NCBI RefSeq assembly: GCF_000142905.1
Contig: NW_013657625.1
Span: 97,690 to 161,689 of the forward strand
Origin: Thecamonas trahens ATCC 50062
Taxonomy: Eukaryota > Protista > Apusomonadida
Reading direction: 5' to 3'
DNA length: 64,000 nt
Under the pieces are notes generated by a model that was not told the origin of the DNA, made no database searches, and saw only the letters and a list, made by a program, of their open reading frames with translations. Positions within the stretch are counted from its first letter, which is position 1, and every line of letters starts with the position of its first letter. Both the position numbers and the translations under genes were made by a program. Shown piece after piece: positions 23,987-35,203 of this stretch.

Positions 23987-26269
23987 ATGGGCTGTGCTTC
24001 CTCAAGAAGGGGCAAGTCCTCGAATCAAGTACGACCTGAAGGCTTTGTTACACGACCGGTGGGTGGCGGAGGTGGAAGCGCGGGGAACATGCAGCGGAAC
24101 GGGACAGGGCTGAGTGGTGGATCGAGTGGCTTCCCCGCTGATGGGGCGTGCTCGGTCGGAGCGCCGCAGAGCTGGCAAAAGGGCTCGTTGCTAGGTCAGG
24201 GTGGCTACGGCAAGGTGTACATGGCGCTCAACTCGGAGACGGGCGAGCTGCTGGCGGTCAAGGAGGTGACGCTTGAGGCCTCGTCGGTGCTCTCGGGCGG
24301 CTCGTCGGCTGCGCTCGCGTCACATGTGGTGTCTTTGGAGCACGAGATCGATATGCTTTCGCGGCTGACGCATCCCAACATTGTGCGATACCGAGGAACA
24401 TCGCGCGATGAGGCTGCGCTGTACATTTTCCTCGAGTACATGCCGTGCGGCTCGATTGCGTCGCTGCTCTCCAAGTTTGGACCGCTCTCGGAAGGCGTCA
24501 TCTCCAAGTACAGTCGGCAGATCCTGATGGGCCTCGACTATCTCCATCGCAATTCGGTTGTCCACCGCGACATCAAGGGCTCGAACTTGCTGCTCAACAC
24601 GGACGGGGCGGTCAAGTTGGCGGACTTTGGCGCGTCCAAGACAATGTCCAAGCTCACGACGCGCAAGGCCGGGCGGCGGCGCGGCGACGATCCGACGGGC
24701 CGGACGGCGCAACTCCTGATGGGCACGCCGCAGTACATGGCACCCGAGGCGATTGCGTCGCCGGAGGCTTTTTCACCCAAGACAGATGTTTGGGCGCTTG
24801 GGTGCACGGTGATCGAGATGCTTACGGCGCGGCTCCCATGGGCCGACGCCGGCAACAACGCAGTGGCCACCATGTATGCGGTGGCGGATACTAAGACGCA
24901 TCCACCATATCCAAGCTCTGTCTCGCCGCTGGTGAATTCGTTCCTCCGGCGGTGCTTTGCCATCAAGCCATCGTCGCGGGACACTGCGGCGGAACTGCTA
25001 GTGCACATGTTTATTACGACGGCGCCGTCGGCGCTGTCTGCGGTTCCGCTCGCAGATCTGAGGCCGGGTCTCGGGACCGACCTTAGCTTTGATGTGCGGA
25101 GCGGTGCGTCCGACGCTGGTTCGACGGGCGAGTTCTCGCACGTCTCGGTTCCTGGGCTCTCGGCCACATTCGTGGCGTCTGGGCAGTCGTCGCCGATGGA
25201 GGCGCTTGTCCCGCGTCGGTCGTCGGGCGCGTCGGCCAACCGTGCGGTGATGAGGTTGCGGTCACCGTCGGCGACGCGGCGGTCGCTGGACATTTCGCCA
25301 CGTTCGCGGTTTCCGCCTGGGCAGAGCCCGTCGGGATCGACGACGACGACGACGTCGGTGCACGGGCGGGCCGAGTCTGTTGTCTCGGCGTGCGAGGACG
25401 GGATGGACGTGCTGACTGCGGTCACGTCATCGCCGTCGCTCTCGACTCTTGGGGCGCGTGCGGCGCAGCAGCGGCGTGGTGACTCGCGTGAATCGGGCGA
25501 CGCCGGCATGCTCAAGGGTACGCAGTCGTTTTACACACCACGGGCCGGTGGAGCCGCGCTTGCCAACGTCCCGCACCCGCCGGCGTCGCGGACGTCGCGG
25601 CGGGCCATGTCGCCGCCGGCGTCTGCAGTTGTCGAGTACGTGTACTCGCCGCCGCAGCCTGCGTCGCCCAAGAGCGGGCGGTCGGACTCGCGGGTCTTCC
25701 GCTACAATGGCGGCGCCTCGCACGAGAGCGAGGACGACACCGAGCCGATTTCGCCGCTCTCACGCGCGTTTTCGCCGGCGGAATCGCGGCGGAACCGCAA
25801 CTCCTCAGTCTCGCGCTATTCGCCGACGACGCCCGGCACATCGCAGCCGGTGACGCCGGTGGTGGCGCGGACGCCGGTCTCGCCGCACATTCCGTCGCGG
25901 TCGTCGCAGCGGTCTTCGCAGCAGACTGTGTCGAACAACTCGATAGGGCACCGGCACTCGCCGCATCCTCGGTCACCACACACACCGCACTTTTCGCCGC
26001 CGTTCAAGCAGCTGACTATCGACGTCAAGGCCGACGAGGCCGCGCTCCCGCGGGCAGTTCTCGTCTCGGACGAGTTCGAAGGCGGCGGCGGGCGCGGCAT
26101 TCTGTCGCGAATCGCATCGCCGCGATCGGGCGCGACGACGCCCAATGGCTCGATCCGCAAGAGGCGCACGCTCTCCATCTCAATCCAGAACGCGTCGATC
26201 GCTATGTCGCCGCAGCAAGACGACTCGCCGTCTGACCACGTCCGCTCGCAATCCCACGACGTAACGTAA
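23987..26269 (+). CDS. STE11/NPK1-type MAP kinase kinase kinase with N-terminal acylation motif
   Basis: MGCASS start; WQKGSLLGQGGYGKVY, AVKEV, HPNIVRY, IFLEYMPCGSI, HRDIKGSN, LADFG, GTPQYMAPE, DVWALGCTVIEM; Ser/Pro-rich C-tail. Confidence 0.92.
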   Translation: MGCASSRRGKSSNQVRPEGFVTRPVGGGGGSAGNMQRNGTGLSGGSSGFPADGACSVGAPQSWQKGSLLGQGGYGKVYMALNSETGELLAVKEVTLEASSVLSGGSSAALASHVVSLEHEIDMLSRLTHPNIVRYRGTSRDEAALYIFLEYMPCGSIASLLSKFGPLSEGVISKYSRQILMGLDYLHRNSVVHRDIKGSNLLLNTDGAVKLADFGASKTMSKLTTRKAGRRRGDDPTGRTAQLLMGTPQYMAPEAIASPEAFSPKTDVWALGCTVIEMLTARLPWADAGNNAVATMYAVADTKTHPPYPSSVSPLVNSFLRRCFAIKPSSRDTAAELLVHMFITTAPSALSAVPLADLRPGLGTDLSFDVRSGASDAGSTGEFSHVSVPGLSATFVASGQSSPMEALVPRRSSGASANRAVMRLRSPSATRRSLDISPRSRFPPGQSPSGSTTTTTSVHGRAESVVSACEDGMDVLTAVTSSPSLSTLGARAAQQRRGDSRESGDAGMLKGTQSFYTPRAGGAALANVPHPPASRTSRRAMSPPASAVVEYVYSPPQPASPKSGRSDSRVFRYNGGASHESEDDTEPISPLSRAFSPAESRRNRNSSVSRYSPTTPGTSQPVTPVVARTPVSPHIPSRSSQRSSQQTVSNNSIGHRHSPHPRSPHTPHFSPPFKQLTIDVKADEAALPRAVLVSDEFEGGGGRGILSRIASPRSGATTPNGSIRKRRTLSISIQNASIAMSPQQDDSPSDHVRSQSHDVT

Positions 26270-26277
26270 CAGGAAGG

Positions 26278-27369
26278 TCACAGACGTTGCACCGGCTCTG
26301 GCTGCCTCCAGGTGAGCCACGCGTCGAGTCGGCGCCAAACAAGGCCGAGCGTGGCTGCGAGAACAACCGAGGCTAGAACTAGCGAGCGAACAGCGTGCGC
26401 CTCGGAAATGAGGCCCGAGCCTGTTGACCACCCGCCGCCTAGCCACACGCCACTGACCAAGAGCGTGGCGTGGGCGGCCGCGTAAACGAGGCTCGCCGGC
26501 ATCGCCCCATACGCTGCAAGCATCACACTCCAGCCGAGGGTCATGGCGAGCAGCGCAGCAGTGGCGACGGTAGCCTGGCCGGCCAGCTCAGCAAGCGGCG
26601 CCAGCGGGAGCGAGATCGCGCCAGTGAGGACGGTCGCCACGCCGACTACCGCCCCGCCGCAGCCAACAGCGGCAGCAGCGAGAGACGAGTACGGTGCGGT
26701 CGACGAGGCGACGCGCGGGAGCGACGAGAGCCACACAAGACGAGCGCACATGGCCAGCAGGAGAAGCATACTGCCGAGCGATGTTATGACGGCAGCGCGG
26801 AGCGCATCGGCCTTGGCCGCCACCAATGCGGCGGCGACTAAGGCAGCCAGCGCTGCGCCGCCGGATGGAGTGGCGATGAACGCCAAAGACCGCGCGTCCG
26901 ACGGTGTTGGCTGCGGTGGGAGCTGTGCAGTGGCGACAAGCATGACGTCCACCAGAGCCGGCGCAGATGCCGCCACCCAGACCAGCCACAGCAGCGGGAG
27001 CAGGACGGCAGCCACGATCCAGGGCAGGAGCGAGAGGTGGAGGCGGGCGAGAAGCGATGCAGCCAGGGCGATGGCCGAGGCCACAGCTGGCACCAGACCT
27101 GTGCTTGCCACTAAATCTGGAAGCTCTCGAAGCGGAAGAGGTTGCGCAGCTACGGCCAGCACGCCGCCAGCCAGCATCATGGCCAGTGCCAGTCCCGGGA
27201 GGGCCGGCAGCAAAGGCGTCACCGACCAGTTGGTATGGTCAGGAATGAGGGCGCTGAGGAGAAAGAGCTCGCCGCCAGCTGTGGCCAACCCACCCAGGCA
27301 CAGCACCAGCCAGTGTGGTAGTGTAGCACTGAGTTGGTTGCTGAGTCGGATTCGCCTGGCGCCGAGCAT
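26278..27369 (-). CDS. Polytopic membrane protein, possibly a divergent MFS-like transporter
   Basis: About 360-aa ORF with roughly 9-10 hydrophobic Ala/Leu-rich segments. No diagnostic motif; start uncertain. Confidence 0.5.
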   Translation of the reverse strand: MLGARRIRLSNQLSATLPHWLVLCLGGLATAGGELFLLSALIPDHTNWSVTPLLPALPGLALAMMLAGGVLAVAAQPLPLRELPDLVASTGLVPAVASAIALAASLLARLHLSLLPWIVAAVLLPLLWLVWVAASAPALVDVMLVATAQLPPQPTPSDARSLAFIATPSGGAALAALVAAALVAAKADALRAAVITSLGSMLLLLAMCARLVWLSSLPRVASSTAPYSSLAAAAVGCGGAVVGVATVLTGAISLPLAPLAELAGQATVATAALLAMTLGWSVMLAAYGAMPASLVYAAAHATLLVSGVWLGGGWSTGSGLISEAHAVRSLVLASVVLAATLGLVWRRLDAWLTWRQPEPVQRL

Positions 27370-28061
27370 GGCAGTGTGACTGACCTGGGCGTGGCTTGGC
27401 GTTGAGTGCAAGGTCACTTGTTGGCGCTGTGGGGGGTTTGGGGTTTGGGAGGGTGTGGGGGTGTGGGGGGGAAGGCAGGTGTGCCATACCCTGAACAAGT
27501 GAACAAGTTACGATCGCAGGTGCAGATTGTATGTGTGTGTGTGTATGTGTATGTGTGTGGTGGGCTTGTGGTCCTTGATCGTGGGATTGGGTTGCCTGAG
27601 AAGTCTGTGGATGGGATCGAGTGTGTACGTCTGTGTTGCGATGGCTCGAATCCAGTTGTGCTGCGGCCATGCTGTAGTGATAGCCATCGCAGGTGCTGAT
27701 TGTATGTGTGTGTGTGTGATCGGATCTGGAGGAGGTCTGGACAGCCTGTGATACGACTGGCGGGAGCGATTGAAGCACCGAGGAACACGAATCATGGCGA
27801 GAGGGCTGAGGGGGGGGGGGGGGGGGGGCGTGGGATGTGGCAGGAGCGAAGGAGCCCAGCCCCGATGACCCAAAGTGGGTACGCACCACACTCCAGTCCG
27901 AGGTAGATAGAGATCCACCGGGTCTACTCTGTGGCCAGCGGACTGTGGTGTGGCTTGGCTAGGCGAGGACTGGTTGGCGCGTACCCTACCCCCTCCCCTC
28001 TCTACCACCGCACTGCTACCACCTTCACCTTCTGCGCCACCCAGTCGATAAGGCAGGGAAC

Positions 28062-28583
28062 ATGGCAAGGCGTAGCGGCAGAAGGTCAGGCAAGGGCAAG
28101 GACAAGGGAAAGAATAAGAGCAAGGGCAAGAGCAAGCGGTCAGGCAAGGGCAAGAGCAAGCAGTCAGGCAAGGGCAAGAGCAAGCGGTCAGGCAAGGGCA
28201 AGAGCAAGCGGTCAGGCAAGGCGCGGAAGCGGGGAATGGGCGGTGGGGATGGCTCGGATTCGGTCATTGAAGGCTTTGTGGAACAGGAGCAGATGATGCT
28301 GTCCAAGATCGAGTCGATGGAAAGCCAGTTGAAGGCCATGGAGAAGCGGATCAAGCGAGCTGAGGGTGGTATCGACCCGGACACGCAGCTTTACCTCGAG
28401 ACAAAGCTCAAGAAGGCGCTAGAGCAGGAGGAAGCGCTTGAATTGCGGGTCGAGGCCCTAGCCCAGCGCATCGATCATCTCGACGATGGCTCGCTCCGCC
28501 GGAAGCGCAACTCCAGGAGCAGCAAGGGCAAGACCAAGGCCAAGGCCAAGACCAAAGGCAAGACCAAGCTGCGGAAGCGGTGA
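28062..28583 (+). CDS. Small Lys-rich protein with central coiled coil
   Basis: KGKSKRSG repeats, central heptads (MLSKIESMESQLKAMEKRIKR), basic C-terminus. Confidence 0.6.
   Translation: MARRSGRRSGKGKDKGKNKSKGKSKRSGKGKSKQSGKGKSKRSGKGKSKRSGKARKRGMGGGDGSDSVIEGFVEQEQMMLSKIESMESQLKAMEKRIKRAEGGIDPDTQLYLETKLKKALEQEEALELRVEALAQRIDHLDDGSLRRKRNSRSSKGKTKAKAKTKGKTKLRKR
28122..28220 (+). repeat. In-frame 24-bp coding tandem repeat x4 (KGKSK[R/Q]SG)
   Basis: aagggcaagagcaagc[g/a]gtcaggc units. Confidence 0.9.
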
Positions 28584-28994
28584 TACCCCACTCGATCTTC
28601 ATCGAGAGGTCGTCATCCAGTGAAACGCCAGCCGAATGTCTGAAAGTAACCCATGTCCACGACTTTGCAAGACGCGCGGCCATGACGCCATCATCATGAC
28701 CTCCTACGAGACCCACTGCCGACCTGCCGCATCGAGCCGCAGCCCAGGCTACGCCGGTTTCCAGCATCTACTCTAGCACCGGAATTTACGTAGCAACAGG
28801 TACTACCTTGCGCGAGGTCGGCGATCTCCCTCTGGGCAGGGTGTGGGCCAAAGGCGGCCGGTCGTCTGATTGCTCATGATTGTTCCAATTAATCGATGCA
28901 ATCGCGATGACGCCACCTCCACCATTAAAACTATGAGCTCGCCGGGCAACAGCCTTCCCCACCCAGCCGGCCACACTTCACCCTTCTCACTATC

Positions 28995-29677
28995 ATGTCC
29001 ACCGGTTCTGTCCACCACGTTACCTCGTCTGATGAGTTTGACAACTTTATCAAGGAGCATGCCGGCCTTGTACGTACCCCACAGCTACCTCTTTCCCCCT
29101 ACCTCTCCCGTTGCGCAAAGGCCTTGCGACCGGCGGAACATGCGGCCTTTCTCTCGTGTCGCCTCCCACTTGTATCCTCCTTCCTCAGTCCCTCCTCCCA
29201 ACCCATCACGCTCTACTCACCCTCTCTACCCATGCACCCACTACTACAGGTTGTCGTCGACTTTTCCGCCACCTGGTGCGGTCCGTGCCGCATGTACGCC
29301 TCCTCCAGTGCCTTTGCCACCATGGGCGACCTCGCCCCATTTTTCGTCCTGATCAACCCCTGATCGCCCCACTGATGACGATCAATATTCCCCCCCCCCC
29401 CCCCCTTGCCCCTCTCCCCCACCCGCCCCCATCCATACTCACGCTCCCCCTCCACCTCCACAGGATCGGCCCCAAGTACGAGGCTGCTGCCGCTTCTGAC
29501 GACTACAGCTCGGTCCTCTTCCTCAAGGTCGACGTCGATGAGCTCGACGATGTTGCCGGCCGCTGCGGTGTCCGTGCCATGCCGACCTTCCAGTTCTACA
29601 AGGGCGGCGAGATGGTTGGCGAGTTCTCGGGCGCTGCCGAGGCCAAGCTCCACGAGAACCTCAAGAAGCACATGTGA
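28995..29677 (+). CDS. TXN: Thioredoxin; exons 28995-29069, 29250-29293, 29464-29677
   Basis: Spliced 110 aa: ...[47 protein letters not shown]. Two GT-AG introns; total 333 nt. Confidence 0.95.
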
Positions 29678-29753
29678 GGAATCGACCCCTTAAACTTCTC
29701 CTCCTCCCCCCCTCCACCTTCGTACTGTAGCCGTCTTTACCTGCTTCCAGCAT

Positions 29754-31144
29754 CTAGCGCGCAGCAGTGCGCGACCGCCGGGGCGACATGGCCTGGGACC
29801 TGTCCAGCGCAGAGTCGATCTGGGCCTGGGCACGGAGGAGCTTTTCAAGAAGCTCGTTCTCAGTCTCGAGCAGCTCCGGATCCACAAAGCTGGCATTCGA
29901 CTGGAGTTGTGAGACGTCAGCTGACGCGGCGCGCGCGGCCTGCAGCTGCGCACGCAGGCTCGCGTTGATGCCTTCCAAGTGCTCGACGTCGTCCTCGAGG
30001 CCGGCAATGGTCTCGCGGGCGGCTTCCAGCTCCGCCGTCGCGTTTGCAGCGGCGTCTTCAAGCGCGGCCATGTCTGCGGCGGAGGCGGGCGCTGCCGCTG
30101 TACTCGGCTCGCCAGGCGATGCTGGCAAGCTGTCGAGTGTGTTGGGGACGGAGATGTGCATGCGGAGCGCGTCGTTGAGAAGCTGGGCAACCCGCGCCTG
30201 AACAGCCTCCTCCAGCTCATCGGTGTCTGCGTTGCGCAGCGCGTCGCGGGCAATAGCCGTCTCCAGCAGCTTGCGCTGCGCGTCGCGGAGCGCCGAGTTG
30301 AGCGACGTCCGTCCGGAATCAGCAGCCAGCTCAGCCTCCAGCTCGGCAACCCGCCCCTCGAGTGCCACAATTCGCCGCTCGTACATAGCTGCATCGTCTT
30401 TGGCCAGCTCGTCACGCTCCTTGGCCAGCGCAAAGAACTTCATCTTGATCGCGCTCTCAGCCTCAAGCCGTTGCGCCATCTCCGACTCGCCCACGGCGCC
30501 CGATGCAAAAACAGGATCGCGGGCCTGCGCCAAGAGTTCCAAGCTTGCCTCATGCCGTCGCTCTTCCAAGTCTAGCCGCTTCCGCAGTGATGCCAGCTCG
30601 TCGGCCGCATCATCGCCGCTTCCGCCGCGTCCCGCCCCGGCGCCCTCACCTCCACTCCGCCGCGCCGCTGCACTCTGCGCCCGCGCAATCTCCGCCCTCG
30701 CTGCAGCCAACTTGGCTTCGAGCTCAGTAACTCGAGCGTGCAGCCGCCGGGCCTCACGCTCTCCGCCCCCACCGTCTGCGCCCCACGACCACGAGAACAA
30801 GCCCGAGCCGTGTTCTGTCCCCCCCACCACCGAGCACCACCGCCGTCAGCCCCAACGCGACCCACCAAAACAAACAACAGCAGTGAGTACCATATCTCCC
30901 CCCCTCTCTCCCCCCCCCTCCCCTGCTTCCTCCAAACATCACACATACCAGAGTTCCGCAGCGCCTCGACCTCGCGGCGCAGGTCATGGTTTGACTCACG
31001 TTCGGCAGCAAGAGCCGCCTCTGCCACCTCGAGCTGCTTGCGATGCTGGTCAAGCATCGATCGGTAGACTTTGAGCTCGGCAGCAAGAGCATCTCGGTCG
31101 TCTGTCGCACCACTCCCGCCGCTGAACGATGACATGAGGTCCAT
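29754..31144 (-). CDS. Coiled-coil protein; exons 31144-30949 and 30814-29754
   Basis: Intron gtatgt...gctgac...acag (30815-30948) joins EALRNS to EHGSGLFSWSW; extensive heptads. The true start may lie slightly upstream. Confidence 0.65.
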
Positions 31145-32133
31145 CAACGTCAAGTGATACTCTCGCTCCTCCTCCTGCTCCCCAACATCGCCGTCGACTG
31201 GAAACCGCCGTTCGCGCCTCGTCCATCAGTTGGCGTGTGAATTGCGGGTCAACGGCTGGCGGCAGTTGCTTCCCACTTCCACTTTATCCAATTCTGACAG
31301 ATAGGTCGAGCAACTGTTTTCGGCACCTTGCTGCGTATTAACTGTGCTCGCCAATTCGCTAGCTCGTGCAACAGAACGTTCACTCATGCGATGGTGCCTC
31401 TTCTCACCTCTATTGCCTCATATCGCAGTTTCTCATCCACAACTCTGATCCTGAACCGGCGATCGTGTCAATGGCCCTGGCTCGATCTCAAATGGTTCTG
31501 CCAAGCCTTGCCAACCCACATGTTGCATCGAGTCATAAATCTGAATATTTCCTCCCTTCATGTCAAGCGGAGCTTCGACCACTCATCAACTTCACCCTTA
31601 TGTTGCCCATACGTCAACAGCCTCTACCTACTCGCATCTGGCTCCCTCTCTCCTCGCTGTCTTCTGTCCAACAACCGCCCACACCACAAACGATCACCCG
31701 TCTCGAGGCAAGTCTTGCGCGAGTTTTACCGACAGTTGGCGCAAACGTTTTCGGGCGTTGACCGGTCGGAGTCGGTTTGCAGTCGAATTGTGCCGCCTCT
31801 CCCCACCTACCCACTCTCTCCGCCTTTCCCTTCCGACCTACCAGTCCTCCCCCCTCCTCCTCCCCCCTCCCTCCTCCCCCCTCCCCCCCCCCCTCTCACT
31901 ACATTCACCAACCTTACATTGACCATCTAGCGGTTGCTTGTCTCGTGCCTCGCCCTTGCCCCGTCCCCGTCTGTTTGTCTGTCTGTTCCCTCTTTTGGGA
32001 GAAGGTGTGACCAGGAACCAACCCAATCAGGAGCAGTCGCTCTCGATCAAGAGCACACCACGAACAGCCGCTATCCCTGCTACTGGTGCGGTTGCTAACC
32101 AATTTTCATATACTGCTGCACTCGCTAGTTGGA

Positions 32134-34980
32134 ATGTCGATGGCAGAAGCTGGGGCCCTGGTTGCTGAGCCTGCTGTGGCGGTAGAACGTGCCAGGACAA
32201 AGTCCGGGAGCTCATCAGCCGACGATGACATGGACCTCAACGTCTTGGTGCGGAGCCAAGAGCCGGAGCCGGTCCCTTCACGGGAGCTGGCAAGAGGCAA
32301 CGTCTCGTCAGAACGAACTGGGCCTGGTGGCGCAGCCTCGCCTGTTGCGAGCATGTCGGACGATGAGCTTGCGCCCTCACCTGGCGTCGCGTCGCCACCG
32401 CTCTCGGAAGAGGCGCTGTTCTCAAACGCGGCCACGCCCACACCCTCAGAGCCAGGCGACTTGGACGAGAATGACAACCTTCGTACTGATGCTGCGGGCT
32501 TGACTGTCACGCGTCGTCGCTCTGGAACCGATTCCTTGGCTGTTGCCGTGTCTGTCGTGTGCTCTGACGCCCTCGCAGGCCCCCCACCGCTGGAGTCCTC
32601 ACCCTGTCGATGCCTTCTGACACGGCCGACGTGTACCTGTGGGCTCTCATCGAGCACAGCCACTCTATCCAGATTCGGCAACTCTTCGGCCACCATGGGC
32701 TCATCGATTGACACCGTGTTTGTAGCCTCGGGTGCGCTCGACACGCTCGATGCCGATTCGAACGGGCCATCACCATCTTGTAGGAGCTCAAGTAGCGACG
32801 CATTTTCATCGTCGTCACGGACTGCATCGCCAACATGCGGGCGTTCATCTGCCTCGTCGACGCGGATTGTGAGCTCGACCGAGTCGGACTCGGGCTCGTT
32901 CACTGCCTCGTCCGGAAGCTTTGCTGCTTCTGATGACGACCGCCCGCCTGCCCACACCATCCTTGCCGCCTCGGGCCTGCCGCTCGGGTTTGAGGCCAAG
33001 TTTATGGAGCGGACCACCGGAATTCCGCTCTTCACCCTCGACGACTTGCTCAAGACCGGTGATGGACCCACGCCGTCCAAGCTCGCCTGGCGTGACCTTA
33101 TCTCGCACCTGCTGCACTGGGGTCGGCTTGACCCCGCTGCGGCGCTCTTTCTCCTCACTTCGGCGCGCGCCGTCCTCGCCGATCTGCCCAACATCATCCA
33201 AGTCTCCGGCCCCACTGTGGTGGTCGGCGACGTGCACGGACAGCTATTTGACTTGCTCCTTGCCTTTGCGCTGGGCGGGCCGGTGACCAAGACCTCATAC
33301 CTGTTCCTGGGCGACTACGTTGACCGTGGCGCCTTTTCTTCCGAAGTTTTGTTTATTCTCTGCGCCTTTGTCATCGAGTTTCCGCAAACCTTCCACCTTC
33401 TTCGAGGCAACCATGAGTGCCGGTTCATTTCGTCGACCCATGGCTTTCTCCACGAGCTCGAGTTCAAGTACTCTGACGCGAGCCGCGAGATCTTTGATGC
33501 CGCCAACAACATGTTTGATGCGCTCCCGCTTGCCGCCGTTTACACCTCACCCCACAAAGAGCGGCTGTTCTGCTGCCATGGTGGCATTTCGCCGGTCCTC
33601 ATGACCCTCGACGACCTGGCCAACGTCGACCGCTTTGCGGAAGTGCCGCAATCGGGCCTTGTGACCGACTTGTTGTGGGCCGACCCCATGGAACGCGCCT
33701 CACTCTCGCCTAGCACCCGCACGCAGTGGAAGTCGCGCGAGTGGGATCCAAACTGCGATCGCGGCGTCTCGTACAAGTACGGGCCGACGGCCTTGGTCGA
33801 CTTTCTCAACCTCAACAATTTCGTCGGCATCATTCGCGCCCATCAAGTTCAGGCCAATGGCTTCTCCGACCACGCTGACTTTTCCGACGTCAACCGCCTC
33901 GCCAACATCGACTCGGGCTGGCCGCTCATCATGACTGTCTTCTCTGCGCCCAACTACTGCGCCATGTATCAGAACCGTGCTGCCGTCCTCCGTCTCCTCT
34001 CCGAGCCCGATGCGTCCGGCAAGCTCTGGTCTGCCACTTGCTTTGACTCGCAGTCTCTGCCACACCTGGACCACGCTGCGTGCTGCTCCGGCCATGGCCT
34101 CAATCCCAACTCTTCGACCAAGTGCTCCCTCATCGCCGACACCTACTCGCCTCTTCACGGTTCGACATCCCCGCCGCCATCCGACGAGGTCAACCTGCGT
34201 GTCAACGTCAATTCTGACGTTGTTCGCTCGACTGAGACCAACTCATTGAGCACACCGGCCTTTACGCCAAATTCGCAGCTACTCTCGGCCCTTGTGTCGG
34301 ACCCTGTCGGTGTTTTCCTCCCGTCGGGTGACTCGCCGCCTGCCGAGTCGGCCAACTCGCGAGCCAAAGACATGATCACCGAGGCTGCCGTGGTTGACGC
34401 CATCACACCGTCGCCTGAAGACGAGGAGGCCATCAAGGGTGTCCGCATGCTAGACGGTCTCTCGGAACAGTCGTCGCTCGACTCGTCGTTCCAGCTATCA
34501 CTCCATTTCGTACCCATGTTTGACTTTTCCGGACAGCTCGCTGCCGCTCGTGTTTACCGGGCCGACAAGGACCGTGGCAAGCGCAAGCGCAAGCGAACCA
34601 AGCGCCGCCGTCGTGCCACTGATGGCGATGTAACCTCACTTGTCGGACCAGTATCCAAGCTAGAAACGGTTGCTTCCCTCTCCAGCTCGCTCGAATCCTC
34701 GCTCGTCGTCGTCAACGGCGCCCAGACGTCATCATGCATCCCATCTCTGACCTTTCCAGTCTCCTCAGCCTCAACCTCAACCTCAACCTCAACCGCGACG
34801 TCGCCGTCGGCCTCGTCGACGACCACCTCCTCCTCCTCGTCGTCGTCGACCCCGTCGTCGTCGAGAACTGTGACTGGAGGTCGGTCTTCAACGGGCCGTG
34901 AACGCCCGCCATTGTCGCCGGCTGCGGATGTTCGCGACACGCCGGCCTCATCGGACCAGCCCCACTCGGATACCTTGTGA
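32134..34980 (+). CDS. Calcineurin A-like PPP Ser/Thr phosphatase with long Ser-rich extensions
   Basis: GDVHGQ, GDYVDRG, LRGNHE, HGGISP, DLLWADP, RAHQ, FSAPNY..YQNRAAVL; the HLLHWGRL helix is typical of the calcineurin subfamily. Confidence 0.88.
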   Translation: MSMAEAGALVAEPAVAVERARTKSGSSSADDDMDLNVLVRSQEPEPVPSRELARGNVSSERTGPGGAASPVASMSDDELAPSPGVASPPLSEEALFSNAATPTPSEPGDLDENDNLRTDAAGLTVTRRRSGTDSLAVAVSVVCSDALAGPPPLESSPCRCLLTRPTCTCGLSSSTATLSRFGNSSATMGSSIDTVFVASGALDTLDADSNGPSPSCRSSSSDAFSSSSRTASPTCGRSSASSTRIVSSTESDSGSFTASSGSFAASDDDRPPAHTILAASGLPLGFEAKFMERTTGIPLFTLDDLLKTGDGPTPSKLAWRDLISHLLHWGRLDPAAALFLLTSARAVLADLPNIIQVSGPTVVVGDVHGQLFDLLLAFALGGPVTKTSYLFLGDYVDRGAFSSEVLFILCAFVIEFPQTFHLLRGNHECRFISSTHGFLHELEFKYSDASREIFDAANNMFDALPLAAVYTSPHKERLFCCHGGISPVLMTLDDLANVDRFAEVPQSGLVTDLLWADPMERASLSPSTRTQWKSREWDPNCDRGVSYKYGPTALVDFLNLNNFVGIIRAHQVQANGFSDHADFSDVNRLANIDSGWPLIMTVFSAPNYCAMYQNRAAVLRLLSEPDASGKLWSATCFDSQSLPHLDHAACCSGHGLNPNSSTKCSLIADTYSPLHGSTSPPPSDEVNLRVNVNSDVVRSTETNSLSTPAFTPNSQLLSALVSDPVGVFLPSGDSPPAESANSRAKDMITEAAVVDAITPSPEDEEAIKGVRMLDGLSEQSSLDSSFQLSLHFVPMFDFSGQLAAARVYRADKDRGKRKRKRTKRRRRATDGDVTSLVGPVSKLETVASLSSSLESSLVVVNGAQTSSCIPSLTFPVSSASTSTSTSTATSPSASSTTTSSSSSSSTPSSSRTVTGGRSSTGRERPPLSPAADVRDTPASSDQPHSDTL

Positions 34981-35203
34981 AGCGCACGGCCCAGCCTTTG
35001 GCGCATTCTCCACAGAGTGGTCAGCTTTGCGGCCACAAGTGTGTGCAACGTCTCTGGCAAAGGTCCCACTCTACGCAGCGCACGGCACGCGCATAGTGGC
35101 GGCCGCAGGGGTTACTGCAAGACTTGGTACTGTGCTGTGTTGTTCACTTTGATGCGCGCGCGACAATGTGCCAAATCGACCGCACATTGGAGACTGTGGA
35201 GGG

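Noticed and set aside
27640-27660. ggctcgaatcc, resembling a tRNA T-loop
   Set aside because: No acceptor, D or anticodon stems could be built around it.
31328-31930. 200-aa ORF in an intergenic region
   Set aside because: Non-ATG start, lower GC3, poly-C-derived poly-Pro; probably promoter or UTR sequence.
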